Shown here in pieces: positions 40,671 through 52,700 of a DNA stretch of 64,000 bases. Position 1 is the first letter of the stretch; every line of letters starts with the position of its first letter. Source of the DNA: Anaerolineae bacterium (GTDB taxonomy: Bacteria > Chloroflexota > Anaerolineae > UBA1429). A model generated the notes under the pieces. That model did not search any database and was not told the DNA's origin. It saw only the letters and a list, made by a program, of their open reading frames with translations. The stretch is from the NCBI GenBank assembly GCA_963675785.1, contig OY776562.1, positions 2,368,001-2,432,000 of the forward strand, written 5' to 3'. The translations under genes were made by a program, and so were the position numbers.

Positions 40671-41336
40671 TTAGGCGCTGGCAGAGGCATTAGCAGCCTC
40701 GGGCAGTACTTCGCCGCGATAGATCCACACCTTGACACCGATGCGACCCTGTGCGGTCAGCGACTCTGCAACAGAATAGTCAATGTCTGCGCGCAGTGTA
40801 TGAAGAGGAACGCGTCCCTCTCTTACCCACTCTTTGCGAGACATTTCAGCACCACCCAGGCGCCCACTGCAGCAGATCTTGATGCCCTCGGCGCCTGCGC
40901 GCATAGCACGTACAACTGCCTGACGCATGGCGCGCTTTTGCGAAACGCGTCGCTCCAACTGCTCTGCGACACTTTCAGCAACCAGATGGGCATCCAAGTC
41001 TGGCTGTTCGACCTCTTGAACATCGAGGCGCAAATTCTTGCTCTCGATATCCGTTAGTTCTTCAACCTTGTGCTTGAGGGCGTTAATGCTGGCACCTTTA
41101 CGCCCGATGACAACACCTGGCTTGGCTGTTACGATCGTAACTGCAACCCGCTTGGGGAAACGCTGAATCTCTATACGAGAAACACCGGCGCGGCCAAGTT
41201 CACTGTTGATCAACTTGCGTATCTGTTCGTCTTCGTGGACCAGCTTGGCATATCGATTGCCTTCAGCATACCACGTGGATTCCCAACTCTTAATCACCCC
41301 AAGCCTGAAGCCTATGGGATTAACCTTCCGGCCCAA
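40671..41336 (-). CDS. rpsC: 30S ribosomal protein S3
   Basis: MGRKVNPIGFRLG, GRVPLHTLRADID. Confidence 0.98.
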   Translation of the reverse strand: MGRKVNPIGFRLGVIKSWESTWYAEGNRYAKLVHEDEQIRKLINSELGRAGVSRIEIQRFPKRVAVTIVTAKPGVVIGRKGASINALKHKVEELTDIESKNLRLDVQEVEQPDLDAHLVAESVAEQLERRVSQKRAMRQAVVRAMRAGAEGIKICCSGRLGGAEMSRKEWVREGRVPLHTLRADIDYSVAESLTAQGRIGVKVWIYRGEVLPEAANASASA

Positions 41337-41361
41337 GATCTCCTCCTTGTACTCTCACGCT

Positions 41362-41709
41362 TTATGCCTGTGCCCGTTCTGTTACCATCACCGAGATGTG
41401 GGAGCCGCGCTTGAGAAGGGGCTTGTAACGCCCACGAGCGCCTGCACGCCCACGACGCAATGTCGGGGCATCATCCACCTTGATCTCAGCGATGTACAAA
41501 TCATCCAACAGCAATCCATAGTTTTCTTCGGCGTTGGCAGCAGCCGAAGCGACTACCTGGGAAACGGACTTGGCAGCAGCGCGGTTCGTAAACTGGAGCA
41601 CTGTCAGGGCCTCTTGTACATTCTTGCCACGCACGAGGTCAGCCACCAGGCGCACCTTTTGCGGAGACATCCGAATGTATTTGGCCACAGCTCGCACTTC
41701 AACGCTCAT
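41362..41709 (-). CDS. rplV: 50S ribosomal protein L22
   Basis: SPQKVRLVADL.RG, SA.ANA. Confidence 0.97.
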   Translation of the reverse strand: MSVEVRAVAKYIRMSPQKVRLVADLVRGKNVQEALTVLQFTNRAAAKSVSQVVASAAANAEENYGLLLDDLYIAEIKVDDAPTLRRGRAGARGRYKPLLKRGSHISVMVTERAQA

Positions 41710-41760
41710 GCCTTATCTCCTAATCGTTCTCTCAAGGCACTATGCGTGCCAGAAAACTCG

Positions 41761-42045
41761 CTATCCGACACGCGAACCACGTTCGCTGGACCTTGCGTGT
41801 CCACGGAAGTAACGTGTAGGAGCAAACTCACCTAGCTTGTGCCCTACCATATTCTCGGTGATGTAGATGGGCACGTGACGGCGACCATCATGTACTGCGA
41901 TAGTATGGCCAACCATCTGAGGGAACACGGTGCTTGCCCGCGACCACGTTTTGATGACCCGCTTTTCGCCGCGGCGGTTCATCTCTTCGACTTTTTTCAG
42001 AAGCTTGTCCGCTACGAACGGACCCTTCTTCAACGATCTCGACAT
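41761..42045 (-). CDS. rpsS: 30S ribosomal protein S19
   Basis: [21 protein letters not shown]. Confidence 0.98.
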   Translation of the reverse strand: MSRSLKKGPFVADKLLKKVEEMNRRGEKRVIKTWSRASTVFPQMVGHTIAVHDGRRHVPIYITENMVGHKLGEFAPTRYFRGHARSSERGSRVG

Positions 42046-42108
42046 TACCTAGCCTCCTGACCGGCTCCCGGGGATCCGGGGTGGCCCGGCCCAGTGCCTA
42101 CGCTGATA

Positions 42109-42945
42109 TTAGCTGCGTCCGCTTCCGCGACGACGGACAATGTACTTGTCACTCTGCTTCTTACCGCGAGTCTTGTAGCCCAACGCGGGCTTGCCCCACG
42201 GCGTACGCGGCCCCGGAAGACCAATGGGGGCCTTGCCCTCACCACCACCATGCGGATGGTCGCAAGGGTTCATCGCAGAACCACGAACTTGCGGACGACG
42301 GCCCATCCAGCGCTTACGCCCGGCCTTACCAAGCTTGATGTTGCCGTGGTCGACATTGCCGACCTGACCAATGGTTGCCATGCAATTTGCCTTGACAAGC
42401 CGCATCTCACCAGAGGGGAGACGCAAGAGCGCAGTATCGCCTTCTTTGGCTGCAACTTGAGCGCCAGTGCCAGCTGCACGAGCCAGCTGGCCACCCTTAC
42501 CCGGCGTCAGTTCAACGTTATGAACAATTGTACCGAGCGGGATGTTTGCCAGCGGAAGGGCATTCCCAGGTCGAATTTCGGCCTCTGCACCGGAGCTCAG
42601 CATATCGCCAACTTGAACACCCACCGGAACCAGAATATAGCGCTTTTCACCGTCACGATAAGCGATCAATGCAATTCGCGCCGACCGATTAGGATCGTAC
42701 TCGATGGTCTGCACTTTGGCGGGAATACCAACCTTATCGCGTTTGAAATCGATAATACGATAACGGCGTTTGTGTCCACCGCCACGATGTCGGACAGTGA
42801 TTTTGCCACGGACGTTACGTCCGGCATGCTTGCTTTGCTTTGCCACCAGCGAGCGCTCGGGCTTGGATGCCGTAATCTCTTCAAAAGAGTATCCCGTCAT
42901 CGACCTGCGCGAAGGCGTGGTGGGCCTGTAAACCTTTATAGCCAT
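42109..42945 (-). CDS. rplB: 50S ribosomal protein L2
   Basis: [21 protein letters not shown]. Confidence 0.98.
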   Translation of the reverse strand: MAIKVYRPTTPSRRSMTGYSFEEITASKPERSLVAKQSKHAGRNVRGKITVRHRGGGHKRRYRIIDFKRDKVGIPAKVQTIEYDPNRSARIALIAYRDGEKRYILVPVGVQVGDMLSSGAEAEIRPGNALPLANIPLGTIVHNVELTPGKGGQLARAAGTGAQVAAKEGDTALLRLPSGEMRLVKANCMATIGQVGNVDHGNIKLGKAGRKRWMGRRPQVRGSAMNPCDHPHGGGEGKAPIGLPGPRTPWGKPALGYKTRGKKQSDKYIVRRRGSGRS

Positions 42946-42977
42946 TGCCTCTTCCTCTCAGACTCCGCGAAACAGCC

Positions 42978-43265
42978 CTATACGCCTTCGAAAAAGCTGA
43001 TGCTGTCGCCCGCTTTTAGTGTCACGATGGCCTTCTTCCACTCTGGACTCTGACTGTAGAAGCGACCAAAACGACGGCGTTTGCCGCGAACATTGATGAC
43101 ATTCACGCGGAGGACAGTTACATCAAAGATCTTTTCGACAGCCTGGGCTACCTGAATTCTATTAGCCCTGGTATCGACCTCAAAGGTGTACGTGTTCAGC
43201 GCGTCAGCCTGAAAATTGCTTTTTTCTGTCAGAATCGGGCGCCTAAGCACTTCATATGTATGCAT
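42978..43265 (-). CDS. rplW: 50S ribosomal protein L23
   Basis: P.LTEKS, WKKAIVTL. Confidence 0.96.
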   Translation of the reverse strand: MHTYEVLRRPILTEKSNFQADALNTYTFEVDTRANRIQVAQAVEKIFDVTVLRVNVINVRGKRRRFGRFYSQSPEWKKAIVTLKAGDSISFFEGV

Positions 43266-43300
43266 CTCAACGTTCCCCCTATGCCTACCGGCTCGCTAGC

Positions 43301-43927
43301 CTAAGCAGCCTGGCCCAGCCAGCTCTCGATCAACTCGACCGCATCCACAGGGATGATGACATACTCATACTTGAGCAGGTCGCGCACATTCAGACATCCG
43401 GCGGCAAGCGTCTTGATTTCGCCAAGGTTACGAGCAGCTTGCTCGACGTTGGCGTTTCGCTCGGCCAAAAGCACCAGAGCCGACCCATCGACACCTAGAT
43501 TGCCCAGACATACCTTCATGGCTTTGGTCTTGGCCTCAAGTGTCAGATCATCCATCACGATGATGCGCGACTCACCCGCCTTGACCGATAAAGCCGATCG
43601 CAACGCAAGCCTGCGCATCTTGCGGTTCATTTTTTGGGTGTAGAGCCGAGGACTTGCGGCAAAGACTACACCACCACCTTTAAACTGCGGGGCGCGGATG
43701 CTTCCCTGACGAGCACGACCAGTGCCCTTTTGCCGCCACGGCTTGCGTCCACCACCACTAACTTCTGCGCGTGACTTGGCTTTTTGCGTGCCAAGCCTTG
43801 CATTGGCCTGTTGCATAACAACAGCCTGATGCATAACGGCCTGATTGGGTTCGATCCCAAAAATGTCGTCTCGCAGTTCTATCTCTTTGACCGTCTCTCC
43901 GGCCACATTGCGAATCGCAACTCGCAT
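43301..43927 (-). CDS. rplD: 50S ribosomal protein L4
   Basis: KPWRQKGTGRARQGS. Confidence 0.98.
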   Translation of the reverse strand: MRVAIRNVAGETVKEIELRDDIFGIEPNQAVMHQAVVMQQANARLGTQKAKSRAEVSGGGRKPWRQKGTGRARQGSIRAPQFKGGGVVFAASPRLYTQKMNRKMRRLALRSALSVKAGESRIIVMDDLTLEAKTKAMKVCLGNLGVDGSALVLLAERNANVEQAARNLGEIKTLAAGCLNVRDLLKYEYVIIPVDAVELIESWLGQAA

Positions 43928-43982
43928 GATTAACTCTCCTGCGTTTCATCCAACGGTCCGCTTATCGCTGACCTCTAGTGCG

Positions 43983-44642
43983 TTACGCTTCCAGAAGACT
44001 CTTTTTCTTTGAAACTGTGGTCTTGGCAGCCTTCCGAATGAAAACCAACCCACCTTTGGGGCCAGGAATCGCGCCACGTACCGCAATCAAGTTCCTGTCA
44101 GCATCAACCAGCTGAACCGTTAGGTTGAGAACAGTCACACGGTCGTTGCCCATGTGGCCGGGGCCACGCATGCCCTTGTAAACACGCCCAGGCGTTGTGC
44201 CAGAGCCAATGGATCCCACAGCGCGGGTTCGGTCAGACTGACCATGCGTTACCGGGCCACCGCGAAAGTGATGCCGCTTGACAGCGCCAGCAAAACCCTT
44301 GCCTTTGGAGGTACCAATCACATCCACCATGTCGCCCAGCTCAAAAAGCGAAGCGTCAAGTCGTTGGCCAAGCTCATAGGTCTCAGCATCGTCCGTACGC
44401 AACTCGCGAAGCGTCTCAAGCTGAGGCAGATCACCTAGGTGACCACGCTCTGGCTTGTTCAAGCGCTTGGCATTGCCAAAGCCCATCTGCACCGCATCGT
44501 ATCCGTCTTTGGCGGTTGTTTTAACCTGCGTAACAAAGCAGGGTCCAACCTCAACGACGGTAACCGGTACTGCTTCACCGGACTCGGTAATGAGCTGCGT
44601 CATACCGATTTTTTTACCGATCAATCCTTGTCGTTTTGCCAT
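43983..44642 (-). CDS. rplC: 50S ribosomal protein L3
   Basis: GKKIGMTQ, SKGKGFAG..KRH. Confidence 0.98.
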   Translation of the reverse strand: MAKRQGLIGKKIGMTQLITESGEAVPVTVVEVGPCFVTQVKTTAKDGYDAVQMGFGNAKRLNKPERGHLGDLPQLETLRELRTDDAETYELGQRLDASLFELGDMVDVIGTSKGKGFAGAVKRHHFRGGPVTHGQSDRTRAVGSIGSGTTPGRVYKGMRGPGHMGNDRVTVLNLTVQLVDADRNLIAVRGAIPGPKGGLVFIRKAAKTTVSKKKSLLEA

Positions 44643-44759
44643 CTCTCTTCTCCGGGAGCTTACCGACAGCCACGGCGTGAGCCGTAGGGCTGCAAGTGAT
44701 GCTCACTTTCCCCCATTGTTTCAAGGGATGACGCGACCAGCGCATCATCCAGATTCGTA

Positions 44760-45071
44760 CTACAACTTGATCTCAATATCGACGCCTGCAGGCAAATCCA
44801 GGCGCATCAAAGCATCAACCGTCTTGGGGTTCGGATCAAGCACGTCAATAAGGCGCTTGTGCGTCCGAATCTCCAGAGCCTCACGAGAGTCTCGGTCGAT
44901 AAATGGCGATCGCGCGACAGAAAACTTTTCGATGCGCGTAGGAAGGGGCACTGGGCCCACCACTGCTGCACCTGAACGCTCTGCTGACTCGACAATCTGT
45001 TGGGCTGACTGATCGAGCACGCGATGGTCATAAGCTTTGAGTCGAATCCTAATACGCTGTTGCTTGGCCAT
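44760..45071 (-). CDS. rpsJ: 30S ribosomal protein S10
   Basis: [23 protein letters not shown]; start ATG 45071. Confidence 0.98.
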   Translation of the reverse strand: MAKQQRIRIRLKAYDHRVLDQSAQQIVESAERSGAAVVGPVPLPTRIEKFSVARSPFIDRDSREALEIRTHKRLIDVLDPNPKTVDALMRLDLPAGVDIEIKL

Positions 45072-45147
45072 ATTCTCCCATGGGCAGGGTCTCCTCAACG
45101 CGAGGATCCCCTAACGCCCAACCTCCTTGTCAGCTATTCGCTCAGTC

Positions 45148-46350
45148 TTACTCGATGATCTTGGTGAGAACGCCCGAACCCACTGTGCGGCCGCCCTCTC
45201 GAATCGCAAAGTGCGAGCCTATCTCCAGCGCCACCGGCGTGATCAACTCTACTGTCAGGTTCGCATTGTCCCCCGGCATTACCATCTCTACGCCTTCGTC
45301 CAACCGCACTTCACCCGTTACGTCCATCGTCCGAATAAAGAACTGCGGACGATATCCATCAAAGAATGGCGTGTGACGCCCGCCTTCTTCCTTCTTCAAT
45401 ACGTATACTTCACCACGAAACGTCGTGTGCGGCGTGATCGACTTGGGCGCTGCCAGTACCTGCCCGCGCTCTACCTGCTCTCGATCTATGCCTCGCAGCA
45501 AACAACCTACGTTGTCTCCTGCCTGCCCCTGCTGCAGTGTCTTGCGGAACATCTCTACACCCGTCACTACTGTCTGACGTATGTCTTCTCGCAAACCCAC
45601 GATCTCGACTGTGTCGCCAGTCTTTACCATGCCGCGATCAATTCGACCCGTCACTACCGTGCCGCGTCCCTTGATCCCAAATACGTCCTCAATCGGCATC
45701 AGGAACGGACGATCGACTTCTCGCACCGGCGTCGGTATGTAGCTGTCTACTGCATCCATCAGCTCCAAGATCGGCGCATAGATCGGATCGTTGATATCTG
45801 TCGACTCGCACTCCAATACATCTAGCGCTGACCCGCGAATGATGGGAATGTCGTCGCCAGGAAACTCATAGTCCGTCAGCAGCTCGCGCAGCTCCAGCTC
45901 TACCAGTTCCAGCAACTCTTCGTCATCCATCATGTCGCACTTGTTCAAGAACACTACCATCGCCGGCACTTCTACCTGCCTCGCCAGCAAGATGTGCTCT
46001 CGCGTCTGTGGCATCGGCCCGTCTGGCGCACTTACTACCAGAATCGCTCCGTCCATCTGCGCCGCACCCGTAATCATGTTCTTGATATAGTCCGCGTGAC
46101 CCGGGCAGTCTACGTGCGCATAATGACGATTGTCTGTCTCGTACTCAACGTGCGAAATCGCTATCGTCAGTCCTCGCGCTTTTTCTTCCGGCGCGTTGTC
46201 GATTTGATCATACGCTTGAAACTTGGCATCACCCTTCATCGCCAATACTTTGGTGATCGCCGCTGTCAGTGATGTCTTCCCATGGTCTACGTGCCCAATC
46301 GTACCAATGTTTACGTGTGGCTTGGTACGCTCGAATACCTGCTTCGCCAT
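45148..46350 (-). CDS. tuf: Elongation factor Tu
   Basis: [28 protein letters not shown]. Confidence 0.99.
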   Translation of the reverse strand: MAKQVFERTKPHVNIGTIGHVDHGKTSLTAAITKVLAMKGDAKFQAYDQIDNAPEEKARGLTIAISHVEYETDNRHYAHVDCPGHADYIKNMITGAAQMDGAILVVSAPDGPMPQTREHILLARQVEVPAMVVFLNKCDMMDDEELLELVELELRELLTDYEFPGDDIPIIRGSALDVLECESTDINDPIYAPILELMDAVDSYIPTPVREVDRPFLMPIEDVFGIKGRGTVVTGRIDRGMVKTGDTVEIVGLREDIRQTVVTGVEMFRKTLQQGQAGDNVGCLLRGIDREQVERGQVLAAPKSITPHTTFRGEVYVLKKEEGGRHTPFFDGYRPQFFIRTMDVTGEVRLDEGVEMVMPGDNANLTVELITPVALEIGSHFAIREGGRTVGSGVLTKIIE

Positions 46351-46420
46351 CCTAATCCCCTTTCAGGTGCCGAGATCATACTCAGGCACGCGTCCACTGT
46401 TTTACAAGAGAAACCGACGA

Positions 46421-46449
46421 ATTATAACTGAACTATCTCGACAGCCCAA
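46421..46449 (-). promoter_or_regulatory. Internal tuf promoter TTGGGC-17-TATAAT
   Basis: In the 122-bp fusA-tuf gap; perfect -10. Confidence 0.55.
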
Positions 46450-46472
46450 AACGACGGACCGTACTGTAAAAT

Positions 46473-48572
46473 TTACCGATACTGGCTGATCGGACCACCC
46501 AAGATGCGTTCCACCACGTCATCGGGGGCAGGTTCATAATGATCAAACTCCATTGTAAATGCCCCACGCCCCTGAGTTGAAGATCGTATATCCGTTGCGT
46601 AACCAAACATCCCAGATAGAGGGACAAATCCATCAATGGCTTGCGTTTCGCCCGGTTGTGGCTGCATCGCCACGATCTCGCCTCGCCTACTGGTGAGATC
46701 CCCGATTACATCGCCCGTGTTCTCAGCGGGCACCGTAATCTCGACCTTCATAACAGGCTCCATCAAAGTAGGCATACCCTTACGAAGTGCCTGCTGAAAA
46801 GCCAGGGAAGCGGCTCGATAAAACGCTGCCTCGGTCGATTCTCCTTCATAAAACGTGCCATCGAGCAATGTAGCGGCGACGTTTACCAACGGATAACCAG
46901 CTAGAATCCCTGAGCTGAGAGAATCTCGCACAGCGTCCTCGACCACCTTGACCATGGTGGGCGGTACAGCCGTCTTGGAAGCTTCATTCGTAAAGATGAA
47001 TTTATCACCACCGGATGAAGGAAACACTTTGAGCACTACACGTGCCGACATGACTTTGGCACCGTGCTGGATGTGACTGTCCTCTTCACCAGTAGCAATC
47101 TTTCTTATCGTCTCTCGATAAGCAACCTGCGGCCGCCCTACTTTGGCATCGACATGGAATTCGCGCCGCACCCGCTCAACGAGAATCTCGAGGTGAAGCT
47201 CACCCATACCCGAGATGATTGTCTGGCCGGTATTCTCATCGATTGAGACCCTAAAAGTTGGGTCCTCTTCAGCAAGAGTTTCCAAAGCGGCAGCCAATTT
47301 TTTCTCGTCTGCTGCACTGCGGGGCTCGATGGCCACACGAATCACAGGCTCTGGGAAGCGGATTGCCTCCAAAAGGACAGGATTACTGGGGTCACACAGG
47401 GTCTCGCCAGTAAAGGTGAACTTGAGTCCGCCTACAGCAGCGATATCGCCTGCGGAGACCATGTCCACATCTTCACGACGCGATGCATAAACGTAGGTAA
47501 GGTGCCCAATGCGTTCTTTGCGAGACTTGATGGGGTTATATGTAGAAGAGTTCGAGGAAAGGGTGCCGGAGTAGACGCGCATGTAGGCTAACCTGCCCAA
47601 AAAGGGGTCCGTCACAATCTTGAAAACGAGCGCTGAAAAAGGCGCATCGGGATCCGCAGCACGCGATACTTTGTCGCCTGTGCGCGGATCCACCCCCATA
47701 ATAGAGGGGACCTCAAGAGGTGAAGGTAAATAGTCTACAATAGCGTCAAGAACCGGCTGTACGCCCTTGTTGCGCAGTGAAGCCCCCGCCAGAACAGGCA
47801 CTAGCCTGCCATCCAGAGTGGCCTTTCGAAGGCCAAAGCGCAATTCCTCAGAACTCAACTCCTCACCATCGAGATACTTGGCAAGAAACTCATCGTCAGT
47901 TTCAGCAACTGCCTCGACGAGCGCCTCACGCACTGCCGACACTTGTTCAACAAGGTCAGCAGGTATCTCGCGTTTCTCCGGGTCCAGTCCCAGCTCATCT
48001 GTCCAGATAAGCGCGACCTGGTCGATAACATCGACCACACCGGAAAAGGAAGCCTCAGCTCCAATAGGCACCTGTATTGCCACAGGTACAGCTTGAAGGC
48101 GATCTCGAATTGTATCAATCGAGCGCCAAAAATCGGCTCCTGTACGGTCCATCTTGTTAATGAAGCAGACACGAGGAACATGAAAACGATCTGCTTGCCG
48201 CCAAACCGTTTCGGATTGCGGCTCTACACCATGAACGGCATCAAATACGACTACGCCCCCATCCAGCACACGCAAGGAACGCTGAACTTCGGCAGTAAAA
48301 TCGATATGGCCGGGTGTATCAATGATGTTAATGCGATGATCACGCCAAAAACATGTTACTGCCGCAGATGCAATCGTGATCCCGCGTTCGCGTTCCTGCT
48401 CCATGAAATCCGTGACAGTCGTACCGTCATCTACGTTACCCAAGCGATGCGTTCGCCCGGTATAAAACAGAATACGCTCAGTTGTTGTCGTTTTGCCCGC
48501 ATCAATATGGGCTATGATCCCAATATTGCGAACACGACCTAGTTCAACGTCCCGGCTCACCACCGTGGTCAT
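46473..48572 (-). CDS. fusA: Elongation factor G (str operon) with divergent domain IV
   Basis: [30 protein letters not shown] conserved; domain IV loops degenerate. Confidence 0.93.
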   Translation of the reverse strand: MTTVVSRDVELGRVRNIGIIAHIDAGKTTTTERILFYTGRTHRLGNVDDGTTVTDFMEQERERGITIASAAVTCFWRDHRINIIDTPGHIDFTAEVQRSLRVLDGGVVVFDAVHGVEPQSETVWRQADRFHVPRVCFINKMDRTGADFWRSIDTIRDRLQAVPVAIQVPIGAEASFSGVVDVIDQVALIWTDELGLDPEKREIPADLVEQVSAVREALVEAVAETDDEFLAKYLDGEELSSEELRFGLRKATLDGRLVPVLAGASLRNKGVQPVLDAIVDYLPSPLEVPSIMGVDPRTGDKVSRAADPDAPFSALVFKIVTDPFLGRLAYMRVYSGTLSSNSSTYNPIKSRKERIGHLTYVYASRREDVDMVSAGDIAAVGGLKFTFTGETLCDPSNPVLLEAIRFPEPVIRVAIEPRSAADEKKLAAALETLAEEDPTFRVSIDENTGQTIISGMGELHLEILVERVRREFHVDAKVGRPQVAYRETIRKIATGEEDSHIQHGAKVMSARVVLKVFPSSGGDKFIFTNEASKTAVPPTMVKVVEDAVRDSLSSGILAGYPLVNVAATLLDGTFYEGESTEAAFYRAASLAFQQALRKGMPTLMEPVMKVEITVPAENTGDVIGDLTSRRGEIVAMQPQPGETQAIDGFVPLSGMFGYATDIRSSTQGRGAFTMEFDHYEPAPDDVVERILGGPISQYR

Positions 48573-48651
48573 CTCTGCTCCTGCCAGTATGTATTGCTAT
48601 GGACGCCAAGCGAGACACCAGATAGCTGAACCGCGCCGGTAGATTCAAAGG

Positions 48652-49122
48652 CTACCAGCGGAAATGGGCAAACGCCTTGTTCGCTTCAGCCATGCGATGT
48701 GTGTCTTCACGCTTTTTGACTGCTGAACCCGCATTATTAGCAGCATCCAACAGCTCAGCCGCAAGTTTATCAGCAAAAGTTTTGCCGTTGCGACTACGGG
48801 CTGCATTCAACAACCACCTCATCGCCAAAGACGTGCGGCGCTGCGGGCCCACTTCTACAGGCACCTGGTACGTTGCACCACCCACTCGGCGAGGTTTAAC
48901 CTCGATAGTAGGAGCAATGTTATCCATGGCCTGCTCAAAAACATCAATCGATGCCTTACCTGTTCGCTCAGATACCAAGTCAAGCGCATCATAAACGATG
49001 CCGCGAGCCGTGCTCTTTTTGCCATCAACCATTACATTGTTGATAAACTTGGCAAGAAGCTCACTGTTGTACTTGGGATCAGGCGCAACTACCCGGCGTT
49101 CGGGTCGGTAGCGTCTCGGCAT
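48652..49122 (-). CDS. rpsG: 30S ribosomal protein S7
   Basis: [21 protein letters not shown]. Confidence 0.98.
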   Translation of the reverse strand: MPRRYRPERRVVAPDPKYNSELLAKFINNVMVDGKKSTARGIVYDALDLVSERTGKASIDVFEQAMDNIAPTIEVKPRRVGGATYQVPVEVGPQRRTSLAMRWLLNAARSRNGKTFADKLAAELLDAANNAGSAVKKREDTHRMAEANKAFAHFRW

Positions 49123-49210
49123 TACTACACCCTCCGATAGATTGTGCCCAAGCCCCGCCCAAATGGCGGGAAGAGCAACCTAATCGCGGGCAACAACCCG
49201 CGCGATATTC

Positions 49211-49630
49211 CTAACGACGAGGACGTTTTGTTCCGTACTGGGAACGACCACGACCACGACCCTCAACGCCAGCTGCATCCAGCGTACCACGAACGATGTG
49301 ATAGCGAACACCAGGCAAGTCACGGACACGACCACCGCGCACAAGCACCACAGAGTGCTCTTGCAGGTTATGCCCTTCACCGGGGATATAGGCGGTAACT
49401 TCCACACCATTGGACAACCGAACACGGGCAATCTTACGAAGTGCCGAGTTCGGTTTCTTGGGCGTTACCGTGCTTACGCGTGTACATACACCACGTCGCT
49501 GCGGAGCACCTTTTTCCGAACGCGTCACAGTACCCTTTTGGCCGTTGAGGTTATAGCTCAACGCAGGCGCATTGGATTTCTTTGTTGTGCGCTTGCGGCC
49601 CTTTCGCACGAGCTGGTTAATCGTTGGCAA
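49211..49630 (-). CDS. rpsL: 30S ribosomal protein S12
   Basis: [27 protein letters not shown]; TTG start. Confidence 0.98.
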   Translation of the reverse strand: MPTINQLVRKGRKRTTKKSNAPALSYNLNGQKGTVTRSEKGAPQRRGVCTRVSTVTPKKPNSALRKIARVRLSNGVEVTAYIPGEGHNLQEHSVVLVRGGRVRDLPGVRYHIVRGTLDAAGVEGRGRGRSQYGTKRPRR

Positions 49631-49683
49631 AGCAATCCTCCCTGGTTCCTTTTACGCGAGCTTTTCACTACTCACGAAGTATG

Positions 49684-49712
49684 AGTATATCCTGTCATCT
49701 ATTTCCTGTCAA
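49684..49712 (-). promoter_or_regulatory. str operon promoter TTGACA-17-TATACT
   Basis: Near-consensus hexamers in the 105-bp rpoB-rpsL gap; contains a TGACAGGA direct repeat. Confidence 0.75.
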
Positions 49713-49735
49713 AACAGGTCAGAGCAACGCCAAGC

Positions 49736-52700
49736 TCAGCGCATTGAGGCGCCAAAGCCCAGCCCCAAGCCCAGATTAGGCATAGTTGCAGCAGTATCAT
49801 CGTGCTTGAGCGAGACTTCTGCCCCATCGTCATCATACACGTGCACCGCCAACCCCAAGCCCTGAAGCTCTTTGATCAAGACACTGAACGATTCGGGAAC
49901 GCCGGCATCTTCGATGGGCTCTCCCTTGACGATAGCCTCATAGGTCTTGACTCGCCCCACTACATCGTCAGACTTGATGGTAAGCATCTCTTGCAGTGTG
50001 TGCGCGGCACCATAAGCCTCCAACGCCCACACTTCCATCTCGCCAAAACGCTGCCCACCAAACTGTGCCTTGCCACCCAACGGCTGCTGAGTAACCAACG
50101 AGTACGGGCCAGTAGAACGGGCATGAATTTTGTCCTGCACAAGGTGGTTCAGCTTGAGCATGTAAATGATGCCGACTGTAACTGGGCGATCAAACGTCTG
50201 GCCGGTTTTGCCATCATACAGCACCATCTTGCCGCTGGTGGGGAGTGCTGCCCCCATCTCTTTCGCCTTGGTAAGAGCCTGCTGACTTGTTTGATCGCGA
50301 GAAAGACCCTCGACATCAACGCCTTCGTCCTGAAGCCAGACGCGCAGGCAAATCTCGGTAGCATAAGTATCTACGGCTTCTCGATGAGCTATCGATGCTT
50401 TCTCATCCTCGTACATAAGTGCGTCGGCGGGGTTGTATCCCTTTTCAGCAAGCCAGCGGCTCAACCAGAAACGGCGCACACGAACCTCATCGCCAAACAG
50501 CGAGTCAATCTCGCTAAAACTCATGCCTTCTGCACCGAGCAGCCCGCCCAGATAGTTAAGCACGACTTCCGAGTCATCTCGCATAAGCGTGGTGTCGATC
50601 TCATCCTCGACCACCCAATCCCAGGCGCGAACATGCAGGTCGGCCCAGGCGCGATCCATGAGCCAAGCACGGGCCAACTCGGAGGCAATCTCATCCTCAC
50701 TGGCACCATCAGAAACCGGCGTCATTACCTTAAAGCCAAGTCGCTCTGCGGCCCAACCAAGGTGGGTCTCCAGAATCTGGCCTACGTTCATACGGCCAGG
50801 CACGCCCAGCGGGTTCAGAATAATCTGGACCGGCGTACCATCAGAAAGATAAGGCATATCCTCAATGGGAACGATGCCCGAGATAACGCCCTTGTTTCCG
50901 TGGCGACCAGCAATCTTGTCGCCTTGAACGATCTTGCGGCGCTGAGCCACGGCAACACGAACCATCTTTTCAACACCGGCAGCAAGGTCCTGGTTATCGT
51001 CACGTGTAAACACATTGACTTCGACAACCTTGCCTTCTTCGCCATGAGGCAGTTTAAGGGAGGAATCCTTCACCTCGCGCGCCTTTTCACCAAAGATCGC
51101 GCGCAAGAGCTTTTCCTCAGGTGTCAATTCGGTTTCACCCTTGGGGGTAATCTTACCGACCAAGATGTCGCCAGGACTTACTGAAGCGCCGACATAAATG
51201 ATGCCGTCTTCATCCAGATTACGCAGGGCATCTTCACCCACGTTCGGGATGTCACGTGTGATCTCTTCGGGGCCGAGCTTGGTGTCGCGGGCCTCAACCT
51301 CGTGCTTTTCGATGTGGATGGAGGTAAACATGTCCTTGCGAACACAATCCTCGCTCACAACGATAGCATCCTCATAGTTGCCGCCCTCCCAGGACATGAA
51401 CGCGCAAAGCACGTTTTGCCCAAGGGCTAGCTCACCATCTTCGGTGGCCATAGCATCAGCCAAGGCATCGCCCTTGCGAACTATGTCCCCTCGGTTTACG
51501 AGAGGTGTCTGATCCACACAGGTAGACTGGTTAGAACGAGCAAACCGGCGCAATTTGTAGACGCGCTCGCCGCTCTCCCCCTCTACCACAATCTCTTCAC
51601 CACTGGCATGCTTTACCCGGCCATCTTCAAGAGCCAACACAACCTGACCCGAGTCGACAGCAGCACGCGCTTCCATGCCCGTTCCCACAACAGGAGAGTT
51701 CGCATTCAACAACGGAACAGCCTGACGCTGCATGTTTGAGCCCATCAGAGCGCGGTTTGCATCGTCATGGTCCAAGAAGGGAATCAGAGCCGCAGAAACA
51801 CCGAACACCTGCTTGGGTGAAACGTCCATATGCATCACGCGATCGACATTTTCGATCACAAACTTGTCATAGTAGCGCGCCGAAACACGATCACCGATGA
51901 ACTGATCTAGCTCATCGAGCTCAGAGTTGGCCTGAGCCACAACGGAATTCTCTTCTTCATCAGCCGAAAGATAGAGAACGCGATCAGTTGCGTAGGGGTG
52001 TACGCGGAAAGACTCGCGATCCAAGGCGGCAAGCGCCTCGGCAGCTGCTTCCGTAATCACATCGCCGCTTTGGATAATAGTCTCGCCATTAGCATCCGAA
52101 ACAGACTCACGAATGGTACGGCCAACAAGAAAATCCTTGTCGTTCGGTGCTTCGTGTGCCACAACGCGATAGGGCGTCTCGATAAAGCCATAGTCATTGA
52201 TTTCAGCAAAGGTGGCCAAACGCACGATCAAACCGATGTTCGGGCCTTCGGGCGTCTCTACCGGACAAATGCGGCCATAGTGAGAATAGTGCACGTCGCG
52301 CACATCAAAGCCGGCGCGCTCACGACGCAAGCCGCCAGGCCCCAAAGCCGAAAGCGTGCGCTTGTGCGTCAATTCATCCAGCGGGTTGTGCTGGCTCATG
52401 AACTGAGAAAGCTGACTGCCACCAAAGAACTCGCGAACTACAGCAACAACTGGTCGAATGTTGATCAGCGAAACCGGCGAAACCTGTTCTTGATCGTGCG
52501 TGCTCATACGCTCGCGCACAACGCGCTCGGTTCGCAAAAAGCCCACACGAAGCTGATTCTGCAAAAGCTCGCCCATCGTCTTGATTCGGCGGTTGCCCAA
52601 ATGGTCGATATCATCCGGTTCGGCAAGACCGTTATCAATGCGAATAATGCGCTTGACCAGCTCGAGCACATCGCGCTTGGTTAGCGTACGAATCGCAAAG

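Noticed and set aside
42094-43053. 319-aa plus-strand ORF (similar cases at 30530-31405 and 45127-45825)
   Set aside because: Shadows of rplB, rpsD and tuf
45148-46350. tuf codon usage looks different from its neighbours
   Set aside because: Expected for a very highly expressed gene; no evidence of transfer from sequence alone
49802-51184. 460-aa plus-strand ORF
   Set aside because: Antisense shadow of rpoB; no motifs, explained by codon bias. It is not the missing rpoC.
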